A stretch of DNA of 64,000 nucleotides from the human T2T-CHM13v2.0 reference genome, Homo sapiens, in assembly GCF_009914755.1 (NCBI RefSeq), contig NC_060930.1. One strand, written 5' to 3'. Both the position numbers and the translations under genes were made by a program. Each line of letters starts with the position of its first letter. Position 1 is the first letter of the stretch. The notes below the pieces were generated by a model, which searched no databases, had not been told where the DNA came from, and saw nothing but the letters and a program-made list of their open reading frames with translations. Positions 45,900-63,032 of this stretch are shown piece after piece.

Positions 45900-46305
45900 A
45901 ATGTGAAGAAGCCATATCGTTCTTCAAGGCCTTTGTGTTTATTGTTCCCTTTACCTTAATTGTGCTTATTGTTCCCTTTGCCTTGATTACTCTTTCCCCA
46001 GATAGCTGCATGGTTTGTTCCCCTAACTCCTTCAGATCACTGGTCAAATAGAACTTCCCTGACCAAATGATGACTACCTTTCCCTCCCCCTTTCTCACCT
46101 GTACTCCCTATCCATTTTCTCCATAAAATTCACCACACTGATACACTATTACTTTCACATGTTTGCTTATTGTATACTGCCTTCCATAGGAGTATAAGTT
46201 CCATGATGGCTGGAGTTTATCTGTTTGGTTTACTACTATATCCCCAGAGCCCTTAACAGTGTGTTGATGTAGTAGACTCTTGGTAAATCTTTGTGAGGTG
46301 AATGC
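45900..46305 (+). mobile_element. L2 3' fragment
   Basis: AGGCCTTTG...TGTTCCCT...TATAAGTTCCATGA...3' GTGAATG motifs. Confidence 0.7.
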
Positions 46306-46748
46306 ATGTGCTGCTATTCTGAGTTTGAATGTGACAGATTATTTTTTTCCTAAAAAAATAGCAATTCCGAGGGAATTATTTAAATACTACAACTTAGGTG
46401 CTGTCTTTCTGAGTAGGGGAGCTTTAAAATAACTTATTTTAGAACTTTTCTTTCAAAGGTTTTATTTTCTATTATGTTATTGGTTTGCTTGGTTCTACAC
46501 AATTTTCTTACCAAGTATATTGAAAAAAAAAGATTGCAATGAGTTAAATATCAATTCTTTTGTTTTTTAATAAAATGAAAATGTTTTCTTATTATTTAAT
46601 GTCAGTCTTGTTTCAGACAAATTTTAGAAGAATTAACTATGTCCATTTTTATGGGTAATGTTTGTACTTGCTGGGGTATTTGAGGTTTTTTTTTTTTTGT
46701 TGTTGTTGTTTTTTTGTTTTTTTTCTTTTTTTAAGATAGGAAATGTTC

Positions 46749-47040
<292 letters not shown>

Positions 47041-47130
47041 AAGATAGGAAATGTTCTGTGAACTTATTTTTTTGAGTGATCACAATCACTTGCCTTCCAT
47101 TAATGCTTCATTTTAGGAAATGATTAATTA

Positions 47131-47187
47131 AATAGTATGTGGAAACTTTCTTCTAATCAGCAATAGTATGTGGAAACTTTCTTCTAA
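47131..47187. repeat. 26-bp perfect direct repeat with 5-nt spacer
   Basis: AATAGTATGTGGAAACTTTCTTCTAA-TCAGC-AATAGTATGTGGAAACTTTCTTCTAA. Confidence 0.96.
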
Positions 47188-47565
47188 ACTCTTTTGAAGT
47201 TTATAAAGGTTTTGCAGGAAGTCTAGTTGTAAAATGTTATACCTACATGTCATCTTTTAGCATTGCCGAGGCTTCTTTACAGGAAAACATGAACGTGACA
47301 CAGATAACCACAGGTGACTAGGTCATAGCAAAATATGTTAGTAGCTTTAAGATTACTTAAAAAGGAATATTTTAAAGAACTTTTTTCTTAATAAAATATT
47401 ATATAATGAAATATGTTTAATATTAAGAAACTCCCAAACATTCTATTGAGTGTATTTGCTAGGAGAAACCTTTTGGAAATGTAAAATAACTTTTGTCCAA
47501 ATACTATTTATGAAACTTCTATTTAAACTTTTGGGTTGAAATGTGAAATCTTTTAAATATGGTAG

Positions 47566-47936
<371 letters not shown>

Positions 47937-49408
47937 GGAAAACTTGTTTTTATGGCTTGTTTCCTGGTTTTCCTGGTAGTTCACAAACATACCCGACCCA
48001 TAGTATAGCTGACCATGAGCAGTGAAGGGCTAGTCAGTGCTCTTGCGTAAAGAACAAAGGGCCTGTGGTATGGAAAGAGAAGGGTTTGTTCCTTGTTTCC
48101 TGCCTGATCCTGGATAATATTTTGACATATGTAGTTTCTCTTTGAGATCTTTGAGTTTGGTGTGTGTCTCTTTCCCTGGGCATCCACTACTATGATGCTG
48201 CCTCAAGAATTAACGTTTACATCTCAGTTGATTTTGCCCTCCTCTTCTGTTCCTCCTTGGGCAAAATTCTCTACCCTTTGCAGTTTCCCTCTCCAACAAA
48301 TAAAACCAAACCAAATCCAATTCTTACTTCTTTTTATCTTGGGTATTATGAGGAAAGAAATAAAGCAAACTTATAATAATTTTAGAAGGATTGATAGTTC
48401 TGGAGAGATGAATAGATAATTTGCATCTCTAAACCTATATCATTAGCCTCAACGGAAGTGACTTAGCATTTCGAAAAGCTGACAAAGTAGAGTAAAATCC
48501 CCCAGCCAGTATAAGGGAATTTCGTTTGGAATGATGGAATTACCATAGTAGGAGACACAGTATTCACAGTTGCATTTGGAGATTTGCCTCTGTCATGGTC
48601 TCAGCTGGCTCTCCATTTTTTCTTTATGTTTTGAGCCTAAATTTCTCAATCTTTAAAATGGAGTGGTAATATTACCTACTTTGCATATTTGTTAGGATTA
48701 AACCAGACAGTATATTTGGAAATATGATGAATAATGTCTTACTTATTTAGTAAGATGGTAGTTTCCTCTAAAAATGCTCCCTTAGCAGTTTTGGCAGCAG
48801 TAACCCAGATGGCTCAAGGTCTTAGCTATCCTTTGTAAGCTAGAGACTGCTTAAATTTTTATACCAGACATTGTGCTGGGTACAGAACATACAGAGATCA
48901 ATAAAATGAAGTCCCTGTTCTCAAAGAGATCACTGTTTCTCAGAAAAGACAGATAAAACAATTAACTGTAAGTCATTGTGATAAATGTTATTTTAAAAGT
49001 GCTCTTGGGGCATTGGAGAAGGCTTTATAGAATAAGTCTTAAAATTACCATTAGTTAGCATTAAATTCTTTGTTCCTCATCGTATTTTCTTTGTAAAAAA
49101 TATTTAAGAAAGCTTTTCTGTTTTGCTAGTTCATCATGGTAATCAGAAACTGAAGAGAAATTTCTTCTCAGAAGAGCACACAGTTTTATCTTATTTCTCA
49201 AATCATGTGAAAGCTACAAGGCAAGTGTATTGAGATCTCAATAAAATTCCTGTTCATTTTTTAGACATGTAATGTCTTTTACACTATTTATACTTAATAG
49301 TGATTTATCAGTCAACCTAATTTTTCCACTTTCTGCAGGATTTCCATACCTTAAAACTGTCATTTTTATCTGAAAGTTAGTAGTCATGTAATATTATACA
49401 AATTTTAG

Positions 49409-49410
<2 letters not shown>

Positions 49411-49448
<38 letters not shown>
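49411..49448. repeat. (GT)19 microsatellite
   Basis: Perfect dinucleotide repeat. Confidence 0.97.
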
Positions 49449-49451
<3 letters not shown>

Positions 49452-49634
49452 AATTTAAATTAGCATTTAAATAAAAAGCTTAGCAGTCATCAGGTACTGC
49501 AATGTTATATTTTTTGGCTATATATTACAGTATAGCTGAAACTCTTCAAGATGGGGGGGGCACTGTTCATTTTACCAAGAATGTACCTTGTTCTTTACCC
49601 TGTCCAGACTTTACCTGCTGTGTAACTTGAGGTC

Positions 49635-49942
49635 TTTTTTTGTTTTTTGTTTTTTTTTAAAGACAGCGTCTCCCTCTGTCACCCAGGCTGGAGTGAATTG
49701 GCAGGGTCTCGGCTCACTGCAACCTCTGCCTTCCAGGGTTCAAGCGATTCTCACACCTCAGCCTCCTGAGTAGCTGGGACTACAGGCACGTACCAACACG
49801 CCCAGCTAATTTTTGTGTTTTTAGTAGAGATGGAGTTTGGCCATGTTGGCCAGGCTGGTCTTGAATTCCTGGCCTTAAGTTATCTGCCCACCTAAGTCTC
49901 CCAAAGTGCTGGGATTACAGGTGTGAGCCACTGCGCCCAACC
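49635..49942 (-). mobile_element. AluS
   Basis: Full Alu. Confidence 0.93.
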
Positions 49943-50264
49943 CACATAATAATCACATCAAATGCCACTGTCTCTACAAAGCCTCCATTAATATTGTTGG
50001 CTGACATTAATTTTTACCTCTTCTATGTTCCTGTGTCATTTGTACTTATTACTATAACCATTATATGATTATTAGAGTTCAAGCTCCTTGAAGGCAGGAT
50101 TTGTGTTTTGTCATCTTCGTTTAATACTTCGGTCAAAATAAACACATAATAGATAACTGGTGATTTAAATTGGATCTAGAAAACTCAGGTTTGATGAAAA
50201 AGTCTTTTATTATTCTTTAACCCCTCTTAGAATTTGGGCTCTAAAATCAGGGATTGCTAAATCT

Positions 50265-50965
50265 ATTGTGTGTTCTGTTTGCTGTTACCAACATTCAAAT
50301 GTAATTCACACTGACCGTGTGCAGTGTGGCTCATACCTGTAATCCCAGCAGTTTGAGAGGCTGAGGCAAGTGGAATGCTTGAGCCCAGAAGTTTGAGACC
50401 AGCCTGGACACCATGGTGAAACCCTGTCTCTACAAAAAATACAAAAATTAGCTGGGCGTGGTGGTATGTGCCTGTAGTTCTAGCTACTTGTGAGGCTGAG
50501 GTGGGAGGATCACTTGAGCCTGGGAGGCAGAGATTTCAGTGAGCCAAGATCTTCACCACTGCACTCCAGCCTGGGCAATAGAGTGAGACCCTGTCTCAAA
50601 GAAAAAAAAAAGTGGCTTAAACAGGGTAGAAGTTTATTTCTCCTTCACATTGGTCTGGACATGAACTGTCCAGTATGGGTAGAGTAGTTCTGTCATCTTC
50701 ACCATGGGGCTTTTGTAATTGGATCCAAGGTTGCAGGTTCATTCCTTATTGTCTCCTAGCAAATGGAAAAGGGGAAGAGGCCAGGGGAACACAGGCCCAG
50801 TGTGGTTAATGGCAAAATATATCATTTCTGTTTACATTCTACAGGAGAGGCTGAGAAATGTAGTCTTCCTATCAGGACAGCCGCATTTCTAGGTAAAATT
50901 CAGAAGCCTTTATTACTTAAAGGAAGAATGGGAAAATTGATATTAAAGATAGTGATTTTTGCCAT
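50265..50965. mobile_element. Old MLT1-type LTR interrupted by an Alu
   Basis: TTTGCTG...GTGGCTTAAAC...TTTATTTCTC and GGAGAGGCTGAGAAATGTAGTCTT motifs. Confidence 0.55.
50311..50611 (+). mobile_element. AluJ
   Basis: Full Alu. Confidence 0.92.
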
Positions 50966-51691
50966 AATTTTCAGATTTATTTCCATTTTTAAAAATAGTA
51001 GATCAGTTGTTCAGGAATCAAAACATTTGAGTATTTGACTGAGTCATCAGATCTAGCAGATTTTTAAAATTATACAGTCGATTCCCTTACTGTAGGTGAT
51101 ACAGAAGGTTATATAAGAGCCTTCCTAGTGAGAACTTTACCATCTACTTTAGGAGACAGAACTAATTACAAATGAAAAAAGAGTAGATGCCTATTGTGGC
51201 ACATTCTGTGTCACATGCTGTTATGAGTGTAGACATTTACAGGAGATAAATATTTCCTATAATCTAATATAGAGGAAAACAGGAAACTGTTAAAGGTTTG
51301 GAGTTGGAAACTGAAATGGTGCGAGAGTGTAAACTGGTAATGGAATTCAGATTGGGTGAATTATCTTTCTCCCTCTTCTTCTGATAATGAATTCAGAGTG
51401 GATGAGCTCCCTCCCTTTTGCTCTGCCTAATCTCTGAGGTTACCTAATACTTTTCAGCCTCAGTTACCACATCCAGATGTTCTTTCTTAGCCCAATTACT
51501 CTTGACTTCTTTGGAATATTTGATACTATTGAACATCTTTTTTTTTTCCCTGTTTTTGAAAACAGCTTTTCTTTGAAACGACCTCATTCTCTACTTTTAC
51601 TGCCTTTCATTTTCTCCCTAAGATTTAGTACTGTGCTTTTTTGCTCTTTTTGTTCTTGATACTGCAACTCTCATCTTAAAAGAAGGTGTGA

Positions 51692-52079
<388 letters not shown>

Positions 52080-52403
52080 CTAAATCGCCTGCCAGACATT
52101 TTCATCTTGGTGTATCACTATCATTTAAAGCATTCAATGGATCTCCTGCAGTTTTCTGACTCCTCGAGGACCCTCATGCTTTATATCCTAGGTGCAGAAC
52201 TTGCATTTTGGCCTCTACCTTCTCCTTTGCCACTGTATTTTCTATGAGTAAGCCCTGTCAGTTCTTCCTGGTGATTTCATATTTGTTCGTTTCCATTCTT
52301 ACTGCTGCCACATTTATCAGTCCCTTAATTACGTTAGTTATGTGAAAGCAAATCAGGAAGTGTGTTGAATGCTTGAGTTAAAGATTGTGGAGAATGCTCT
52401 AGA

Positions 52404-52570
52404 ACCTTGCTCTTCAAAATGTCATCTGTGGATGGCAGCATGGGCATCACTGGGAACTTGTTAGAATGCAGAACCTTAGGAGCTACTCTGGGGGTCACAG
52501 AATTAAGAGTCTTCATTTTCATGATATTTCCAGTTGATGTGCATGCACATTAGGGTTTGAGAGACACTGA
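52404..52570. mobile_element. MER5A/B (hAT-Charlie)
   Basis: CATCACTGGGAACTTGTTAGAATGCAG core, GTTTGAGAGACACTG end, flanked by TCTAGA. Confidence 0.7.
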
Positions 52571-52629
52571 TCTAGAATTCACTGTGCATTTCTGCTTCCC
52601 TTCTCTCTCCCTTCTCCCCCTGACCCTCC

Positions 52630-52902
52630 TTTTTTTTCTGACTAGAGTGCGGTGGTACCACCATAGCTCAAAGGACCTTTGAACTCCTGGGCTCAAGCTA
52701 TCCTTCTGCCTCAGCCTCCCAAGTAGTTAGACCTGCAGGCACTCACCACTACGTGTGGTGTGTAGTTTTCAATTTTTATTAGAGACCACTGTGGTTTCAC
52801 TATGTTACCCAGGCTGGTCTCAAAACTCCTGGCCTCAAGTTATCCTCTCACCTTGGCTTCCCGAAGTGCAGGGATTATAGGTGTGAGCCACTGTTTCTGG
52901 CC
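52630..52902 (-). mobile_element. AluJ
   Basis: Diverged Alu. Confidence 0.85.
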
Positions 52903-53345
52903 CACTGCATATCTGTTTAACCTTTCTTAGTTTGAGACTTACTTGCTAAAAATAATTAAACCCTCCAGCTATTGCTCTGTAACTATTTACCTTAATGTGT
53001 AAGCTTCAAAACAGATAGATAACGTTGTAAATTGTTGTGTTAGAAATGATGAGACAGAGTGGAAAGTAACTGGGGGAGGCAGCTCTATCTAGAGTTGTCA
53101 CAGATGTCCCAGATGTATGTTTGCCAGTTTATAGATGTAATTTCTCAAATTTAAAAGCAGGATATTTGAGGATAAGTTGCATGTGCATAATCTTCCTCCT
53201 GTGTAATTAAGGAATTTGGGGGGGCATTATTTTTAGTTTTACTATATTGTACTTACTAGCTTTAATGTTGTTGTGTAGAGCAGTGTCACCTTTAGATAAA
53301 CAGCATGTACTTAAAACAGAAGGCTATGTTTAAAAAAAGCTTTAA

Positions 53346-53659
<314 letters not shown>

Positions 53660-54847
53660 TGATATCTCTTACTATATACATACATTTTTCATAATCAACT
53701 AATTTATAGAAGTCTGTTAGTAATATGATTCTGAATATTTGGCATATTTTCCAGATATTGCTTTTATTTTTCCATTTTTACTTTATTAATTTTACAAGCA
53801 ATATGTGAAAAAATCTGAAGCAATTTTTAAAATTATTATGAAAGAATATATTCAAAGGTATGAAGACTTGTACAGCTAAGACTTGTATTCTTGTATTCAT
53901 ATGTGAGTTTTTTGGCAGTGTTTTTCAGAACTTTTTGACCATGAACTGAAGAACTAACATTTTGTAGCACACCTCAGTTCATATATGCGTATTATATGTT
54001 ACTGAAACAAAAGTTTATATTCTTGCCATACAGCTTAGCAATTGAGTGCTACTATTGCTCTCCAAGCCCACAGTGAACTTTTCCCTGATCACATCTTCTT
54101 TCCTTACCACCAGTTACCTGCCTCAGTTTCACGAAATTTGTAGATACATTTAATTAATATGCAGTATGCTATTATTTTACATATTTTTCAATTTATGTAA
54201 ATGGTTTCACACTGTATATATTCATCTGTGACCTTTTTTAATGTCAGTGTTATATTTGAGATTTAGCCATGTTGATGCAACGCTTTTTGAAGCAGTCCTT
54301 GTTTCCCCTTCTTGCCAACAATTAGTAGTTAAAAATTTTTTTTTCCAGAATGTTGGGTGCAAAATGGAAGTAACTGTAGAGTTAAAGAGCACTTTCACTA
54401 ATTACCAGTGAGACTGTGCATATTTTCATGCTTATTGGCCATAAATTTCTTCTGTGAATTATTCATTCATATCTTTTTGCTTATTTCCCATTGGGCTGGT
54501 TGTCTTTTTCTTATTAATTTCTACATTTAATTTTTGAAATGTCTTTGATTTTTTATTTGTTGTTAATCTTGTGCATATCTTATGCATTTAATAAAGAAAT
54601 TATTTTTACAGTAGGGTATTATTACTATTCCTGATTCAAATATGCTAAGTGAAGAAGCTGTTTATATAAATTAGTTTTAAAATCTTAGAGTGGAGGGGAA
54701 GTTTCTAGGAAAGCAAAATGAGTAAAATCAATAAGGTTCTTAAAGATTGCCAAGACACATGTCTTCTTAGCAGACTGCCGCCAGTACCATTTGAAAATTT
54801 GAGCATGTGACTTCTGTAAGCTTCCATTATAATTATATAAAACCGAG

Positions 54848-54924
54848 AATGCTTCTAATATGCTGTTATGTTTATTTTTGTTTTTAACATTTGCTTTTTT
54901 TTGTGGTTTCTTCTTCTAAATTAG
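54848..54924 (+). promoter_or_regulatory. 3' splice region of SMAP1 exon 2 (candidate branch point TTTAAC ~54883-54888, pyrimidine tract, TAG)
   Basis: No AG dinucleotide between 54848 and the acceptor AG at 54923-54924; U-rich tract. Confidence 0.75.
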
Positions 54925-55058
54925 GTCCTCGATGGGCTTCCTGGAATATTGGTGTGTTTATTTGCATCAGATGTGCTGGAATTCATAGAAATCTTGGGGT
55001 TCATATATCCAGGGTCAAATCAGTCAACCTAGACCAATGGACAGCAGAACAGATACAG
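54925..55058 (+). CDS. SMAP1: SMAP1 internal coding exon (exon 2), ArfGAP zinc-finger domain
   Basis: Encodes (G)[44 protein letters not shown], the second CxxC and catalytic Arg of ArfGAPs. WTAEQIQ matches SMAP1 (SMAP2 recalled as WTQEQIQ). Polypyrimidine tract and TTAG acceptor at 54921-54924, CAG|GTAAAC donor at 55059; 134 nt, phase 1 to phase 0. Confidence 0.96.
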
Positions 55059-56090
55059 GTAAACATGACGTTACCAAGAAATTATTTAAAATATTTAAAA
55101 TGATTTAAAAATATTTAACCCTTCTTGCATCTAAGGATTAACATTGAAAAGTAGTTTTGTATGTTGAAATGGCATATGCCACGTATAAAATTGGAATATT
55201 TGAATTTTCAGTTCACAGATGTTTATTTCATTTTGTGTCTATAGTAAAGTCAGTTTTTAATCTATACTTTCTAAAATGTTGATTTTAAAGTGTTTTTAAA
55301 GTATCATTTCTCTTGTTGATAAAATTTGCCAGTATAATTCCATAGTTTGTTTTATTTTTTTTTCAGTGGAGGGAGCCTGGGTAAAGATAAAATAAAAAAC
55401 CACCTGTAGCCTAAAAATGGACTTGAGTAATTTCCTTTCTGTTCTGAGGTGTTCTTAGTTTTCAGACAAGGCCCAGAAGTTGTAAGACAACCCAGTGAAC
55501 AAATGTTCTTATGACCAACCTAAACTTACTTATGAGTGGTTTAACTCTGCTAGAGGTAGATTTGTAGTTTTAAAAGTTTGCCATTTTCCCAATGTGACAG
55601 TCTTAAATTCTCAAAATCTTACTTTTTATCTTTAAGGTTGGCCACTATTGTAAAAATGAGTACTTCTACTGGTCTTATTATGTAATTCACAGTGAAGTTA
55701 CACCACTTATTTATGCCCTTTTGAAATTACTTTTAAGTCACTATGAAGTGCTAAATACATAAATATATGTGGTTGAGACTCAGTGATACATCTCAGAATC
55801 TTAACCCAATAGTTTACATGAATGGGGTGAAGTAAAGGTAGAAAAACAGAATGGAGATCTTCAGGCTATAAAGTCAAGCATAATTTATTTGGTTCCATCT
55901 TAAATTAGTTTTTGAGCTTTTCGCTGGCTAGAGCATAAAGGGAAATGCAATCTTTTATGTACTTTCAAGATCCTTGAGGAGAAAACATACTAGTTATATC
56001 AAAGAAGCAGAGCTTTTTAAACACTTCCTGTAAGGCAGTGTTCTTAGTATCTCTGTAGAATATGGTAACAGATGTCATGATGTTGTAAGT

Positions 56091-56223
56091 CTTTTTTTGT
56101 TTGTTTGAGACAGGGTCTTGCTATGTTGCCCAGGCTGGTCTCAAACTCTTGGACTCAAGCGATTCTCCCATGTCAGCCTTCCAAGTAGCTGTGACTATAG
56201 GCATGCACCACCATGCCCAGCTG
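56091..56223 (-). mobile_element. FLAM
   Basis: Alu monomer; TSD TGATGTTGTAA. Confidence 0.85.
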
Positions 56224-56654
56224 ATGTTGTAACTCTTTTTCAAGAAACGTGTGAGGTGTAGCTTGACAGTATAACTTGGTGTTTGTAATGGGTTATGGAG
56301 GTACAAAGCATTCACGACCGAAGTATCCTGCTTTTTTAATGGCTTATTTCAAACTAAGGATAAAACACGAGATCCTTCAACAGTTCAGTTGTTCAGAAAT
56401 ATTTTTCTCAATTAGGTTGTTGAGAGGAAATGAATAGCAAATTATTTGAGATGGGCAGCTGTATAGCTTAGAGTAGAATTTTGTAATCAGAGGGCTGCAG
56501 TTCACTGGTTTTCTTTGGCATAGGTTACAAGTACATGGCAATATATTGGATTTTTTTTTTTTACAATGTAAGGATTTTAAAAACAGTTATTAAATAATAA
56601 TATTTGAAATTGTATTTGAACATTATTTGATTGCATTTGCCAACTTCTTGATAG

Positions 56655-57018
<364 letters not shown>

Positions 57019-57020
57019 TA

Positions 57021-57688
<668 letters not shown>

Positions 57689-58009
57689 CTTGACTTATAA
57701 TTACAGAGAGAACAGTTCACAGATCTCATTTAGTTTTATGAGTCTTGGCAAATGTCTGTATGATGTCACCAATACCCCAGTGAAGATAGAGCATTTCTGT
57801 CACACTAGAAAGTTCCTTCATGCCAATTTCCAGTCAAGTCCCCCAGGGGCATACACTACACTGATTTCTATCCCATTGGGTTAGTTTTGCTATACATTAA
57901 AATGTCTGTCTTTTTGGAGGCTGTTCCTATTAACTTTGACGTTTAATTCAGATGGGCAAAAGTGATGATCACAATGTGATATAATGTTCCATATTCATAT
58001 GATATTTTA

Positions 58010-58318
<309 letters not shown>

Positions 58319-59689
58319 GAAGTACTTGGGAGGTATTTATTTATGGAACTAAGAGAAATACTTTTACTGTACATAGTTACATAGTTATACCCTTTGTCTT
58401 TCCCTGCAACATTTCATAATTGTGTTTCTAATTTTCAAAGATGATACTGTTTTGGCTAGCTCTATTTTTTTAAAAATACCTTTTATTAGTAAATATGGAA
58501 ACATGATTTAATCTTTGAGCCCAGTCAAGCTGTTAAATAAAAATGTTCTTTGTGTGTGTGTGTGTGTATAATTCTGTAAAATGTAAATACTAAGTTTTTC
58601 CTCAAGGTTACTTATAAACTGATATTATATGTACCATATTTTTATCTGTTATTTATGTATATGTTATGTGTTTCAGTTTTTAGAGCACAACATGTACAGC
58701 TGTTAGAATTGCTGTATGCTTATTTTTAAAAGAAAATAGTTGTTACCCAAAACTTACTTTGATTTTTAATAACATAGAAATAAAGTTACTCACTGTAAAA
58801 AAGTCTTAAAAGTTCTTTTAATGTGGTTCATGGTCAGATTAATTGTGTTTGGTCTTGGGTTTATTGTCACGTACTTCTCAAATTTTTGGAAAGGACCAAG
58901 TTTTTTATACTTTTATAAATACTATAGCTTCCTTCCCCTCCCCCCACCCAAGATATTATACATTTGGGTGGAGTAAAGAATGGAATACCAGAATTAACTG
59001 TTGTTTTATAGCAGTATCAAACAAATCCCTGTATATGCCATATGGATACAGGAAACAAGGATTTATGAAATTGTTTCAGTATGGAAATTTGGTCTATAGT
59101 GATAGTTATTAATGTTTAGCATTTGTAAATATTAAGATTAGTAGATGTCTTTATTCTACTTGCAGCTTGACAAACTAAAATTGAAATAATGAGCTGTTTG
59201 GAAAGAAAGTTAATGTCATTGTTCCAGTTACTCTTAAAAACTTGTATATTCTATGGTTCTTACTCCTTTCTCCCTTTTACTTCTGTGTTCTTAATTCTTT
59301 TCTTGCTTCTGCTGCTTTCTAGTTTCATTTCTCCGACAAGTCCAAGGCTTTGCCTTATTTCTGATGTTCTCATCAGTGTCACATCTCCATTTGTTTTACA
59401 CAGTGCATTCAGAGTAATTTTCCTAGAACATTGCTTTGGTTATTTTACTTCCATCCTAAGAAATTTGCATTGATTCTTCTGTGAGACTCATAAAACTTTT
59501 TATTTTCATTAAACTGGTCTTCATGTTCCTCTGCCTTCTGGCTTCATCATTTGTCTTTGACCTTACTTCAGATGCTTTACAACAAATAGCTTTGGCTGTA
59601 CCAGACAGTTCTTTCTGCTGAAACAATCTGATAGTGTGTTCTTTTGTTTTGTTTTGGTTGTGCTATTGTCCTTGTTGGAAATGTATTTT

Positions 59690-59991
<302 letters not shown>

Positions 59992-62821
59992 GGAAATGTA
60001 TTTTGCATATTCCTTGTGGCAAACCAGATCCTTCCTATTCTTTAAAGCCCAGCTTAAATCTCTACTTTAATAAAAGATTCTTCTGTATGTAGTATGTGCT
60101 CAATTATCTATGGCAAGTACCATATATTGTTACCTTTGCTTATATCTAACTAAATTGTAAGTTTCCAGCAGTTAGAACATTTATCATATGTGTCTTTGTA
60201 GTGCTGTGGTGGCTTCCACTATGCTAGGAACACAGTATGCACTTGATTTTTTAATGGCATGCTGAATCAGTCTTTGGTTTGATTAAATTCTGTGAGATAA
60301 CGCTTATTATCCTTAGCGATGAATGGGGAATGGAGAAAAAAGAATCATGCACTCCCCTTCCCCATTTAGCCTGTATTTTTATATAGTCTCTTTTTGTTTC
60401 TTGATCTCTGTCCTTTTCACCTCATGTTCCTGTTTCGCTTTAAAATTCCAAAAATACAGCAGCCTTAGGGAGGGTAACTTGAGCTAGCATATGAAAATTC
60501 CAACGGTAATATATGCAGGTACTAGAAAGGCAGTATTTTTCAATAATTAAAACTGTCCAGAAGTGAAATCGATTGCCTTGGAAGATAGGTTGGTTTACTC
60601 TTAACTGGAATGGTTTGTAAAGAGGCGGGACAACCACCTGGAATCGTGTGGCTGGGATTTAAGCATTCACTAGGTAGATGAGGAGTAGTTTAGATGACTC
60701 TGAAGTTTCTTCCATTCTTGAGAATGTTTTAGTTGTATAGTCAGTCTTCTTTAGTTACCATAGCAGTTCCAAAAACATTTTCATTTCTTGTCTTTGCATA
60801 AAAATTATATCATGGTTAGTGATGGTGATTCAGCTTTTACCAAAAGTGAAATTCAACCTCAGAGGATAAAAAATGTTGGCACTCTCACATAAGTCAAAAG
60901 AGTGTGAAAAGATTCTCAGGTTAAATCTGTAAGACAGATTTTTTTTTCTGAATCTGGAAGGAATGTTTTTGAACACACTTGCTGTTTATATTTTCTATTA
61001 AGAAAAAAAAAAAAAACCAGTGGATACAGGTTTCTATTGTAACCTAGTTATTCCTAGAAAAACCTATGAGCTAACTGGGTAGTCTTTAACTTAACTTAGC
61101 AATACCTATGTCATAGTATTGACTTGCTTGTCTTAATTTAAACTTTTGATCTTTCCTAGAAAAAATTTCTTATGGAAGGCAAAATCAGGGGTTTTCATCA
61201 GTCTTCATAAGTAAGCTTTGCTGTATTCTGTGGCCTCAACTTGAATTCTTAGTCAGGCCAAATACAGAGTGAACAGGCAAAAGAGTATTGATAGGTAACA
61301 TAAATATTTTACGGTAGCTTAAAAAACAACTAAAACTACAGGCACTACTTATGTTAGTGGTCATGTTGTCCCAATATTCAGTGTTAAATTGAGATGTTTA
61401 GGATTATAAGAGGAGATGAAAGTGGCTAAGTACATTAAAGAAGTTTTCTGCTCTTTCACTCTGACATAGTTATTTCAAGTAAAGTTGGAATAAATTTTGT
61501 TATTTAGAAGGACATTAATTTTTCAAATAAAATGACTTACAGTTGATTAAAGTACAATATTTGTGTGGTACCTCTGCTATCTTTAAAAAATAAAAATCTG
61601 GAACTGGAGAGAACCTAGAATATTGATAGGCAGTCAAAATTTAAATTTTACATGAGATGTGCAAGTTTGTTTTACTTAGAGCGGATTCCAAGAATGTATT
61701 GCTTTGATCCTTCCTCCTGGGTGCTGTCTTAGATATTGGTGAGTAATTAGATTATCAGTTTATTGCAAAAAAGTTTTCATGACACTATTTTTTAAGTCTG
61801 TGGATGAAGGTGAGATAAGCATAGTATTTTCCATGTGAGTTCTGCAGAAGAGAAACATAAATAAAATATATAATTAAAATCAATTTTACCTGTTTTAATT
61901 TTTTTAAATGAGGCTAATAGAGATTTAAAATGATATAACTGGCTCACTTTATCTTTTGTTGCACAGCAGTTGTATAGATGTATCAATTTTTATGCATACA
62001 CTAGTACCCACTGCAGATTTCCTTTGCTCGGTGTTTGATAAATCTTCTGTGCTTATGTGTTTAACTATATATTTAAATATAAAGTGAGTTTCTTTTAGAC
62101 CAAAAATACCTACATATGGTATGCTTCTTCAGTATGTAGTTTTATATCTTTTTTTGTTTCAGTGAAGTTTTTTGAGTTACAGTTTATTTTTGAACTACAG
62201 TTTATTTTTAATATTCTCTTGCTTTAGTTTTCTTCTTCAGTGACTCCTCTTACCTGTATGTTGGATCTTTATTACCTAATGGCAATATTTATCATTTGCT
62301 TTTGGATCCTTTTTGTTACTTTTTTAAATTACATTTTTTTCCGTCTGCCTTTCCATTTTTCTTAGACTATTATTTGTTGTCTACGGTTCATTTTGTTTCA
62401 TGTTTATTTCTGAAATGTTTTTTCTTTTATTTCCAATTTTTTCTTGATTCTGTCATTTTAATTCTGAATATTTCTTATTTTAAAATTTCAAATTTGGTTG
62501 TTCTGTTTTTCCATGTCTTTAATTTTATATGTTTTTTCATCACATACATGTCTTTTAGCTAGTTCTGAAGTAGTAGGTTACAGTTTTAATCTGTTTTTTG
62601 GGAAAAGTTTTCTAGATGTGTCTTCATTGTAGAGCTATTATTCTTACTCCTTTTAATATTAACTTTATATGAGATTTTACCTTGATTCTTTCTGCTGATC
62701 ATTTTTATGCAATATTAATTTTCCTTTACTTTTAGGAGGAAGTCCTATTCAAGATAGCTTTTTTAACTTCACATACCTCCCTCTTCCGTTGTTTTCATGT
62801 AATGTTTAAAAACAAGGCCAT

Positions 62822-63032
62822 GGCTGGAGGCGGTGGCTCATGCCTATAATCCCAGCAATTTGGGAGGCCAAGGTGGGTGGATCACCTGAGGTCAGGAGTT
62901 CGAACCAGCCTGGCCAATATGGCAAAATGCCGTCTCTACTAAAAATAGAAAAATTAGCTGGGCATAGGGCATGTGCCTGTAGTCCCAGCTACTTGGGAGA
63001 CTCCATCTCAAAAAAAAAAAAACAAAAAAAAA
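62822..63032 (+). mobile_element. AluS with most of the right arm deleted
   Basis: CTACTTGGGAG joined directly to ACTCCATCTC; TSD CAAGGCCAT. Confidence 0.9.

Noticed and set aside
45933-45986. 27-bp diverged tandem duplication in L2
   Set aside because: Old slippage inside a dead repeat, with no sign of function.
54891-55103. 70-aa ORF as a standalone gene
   Set aside because: Only 54925-55058 is coding; the flanking residues are intronic read-through past canonical splice sites.
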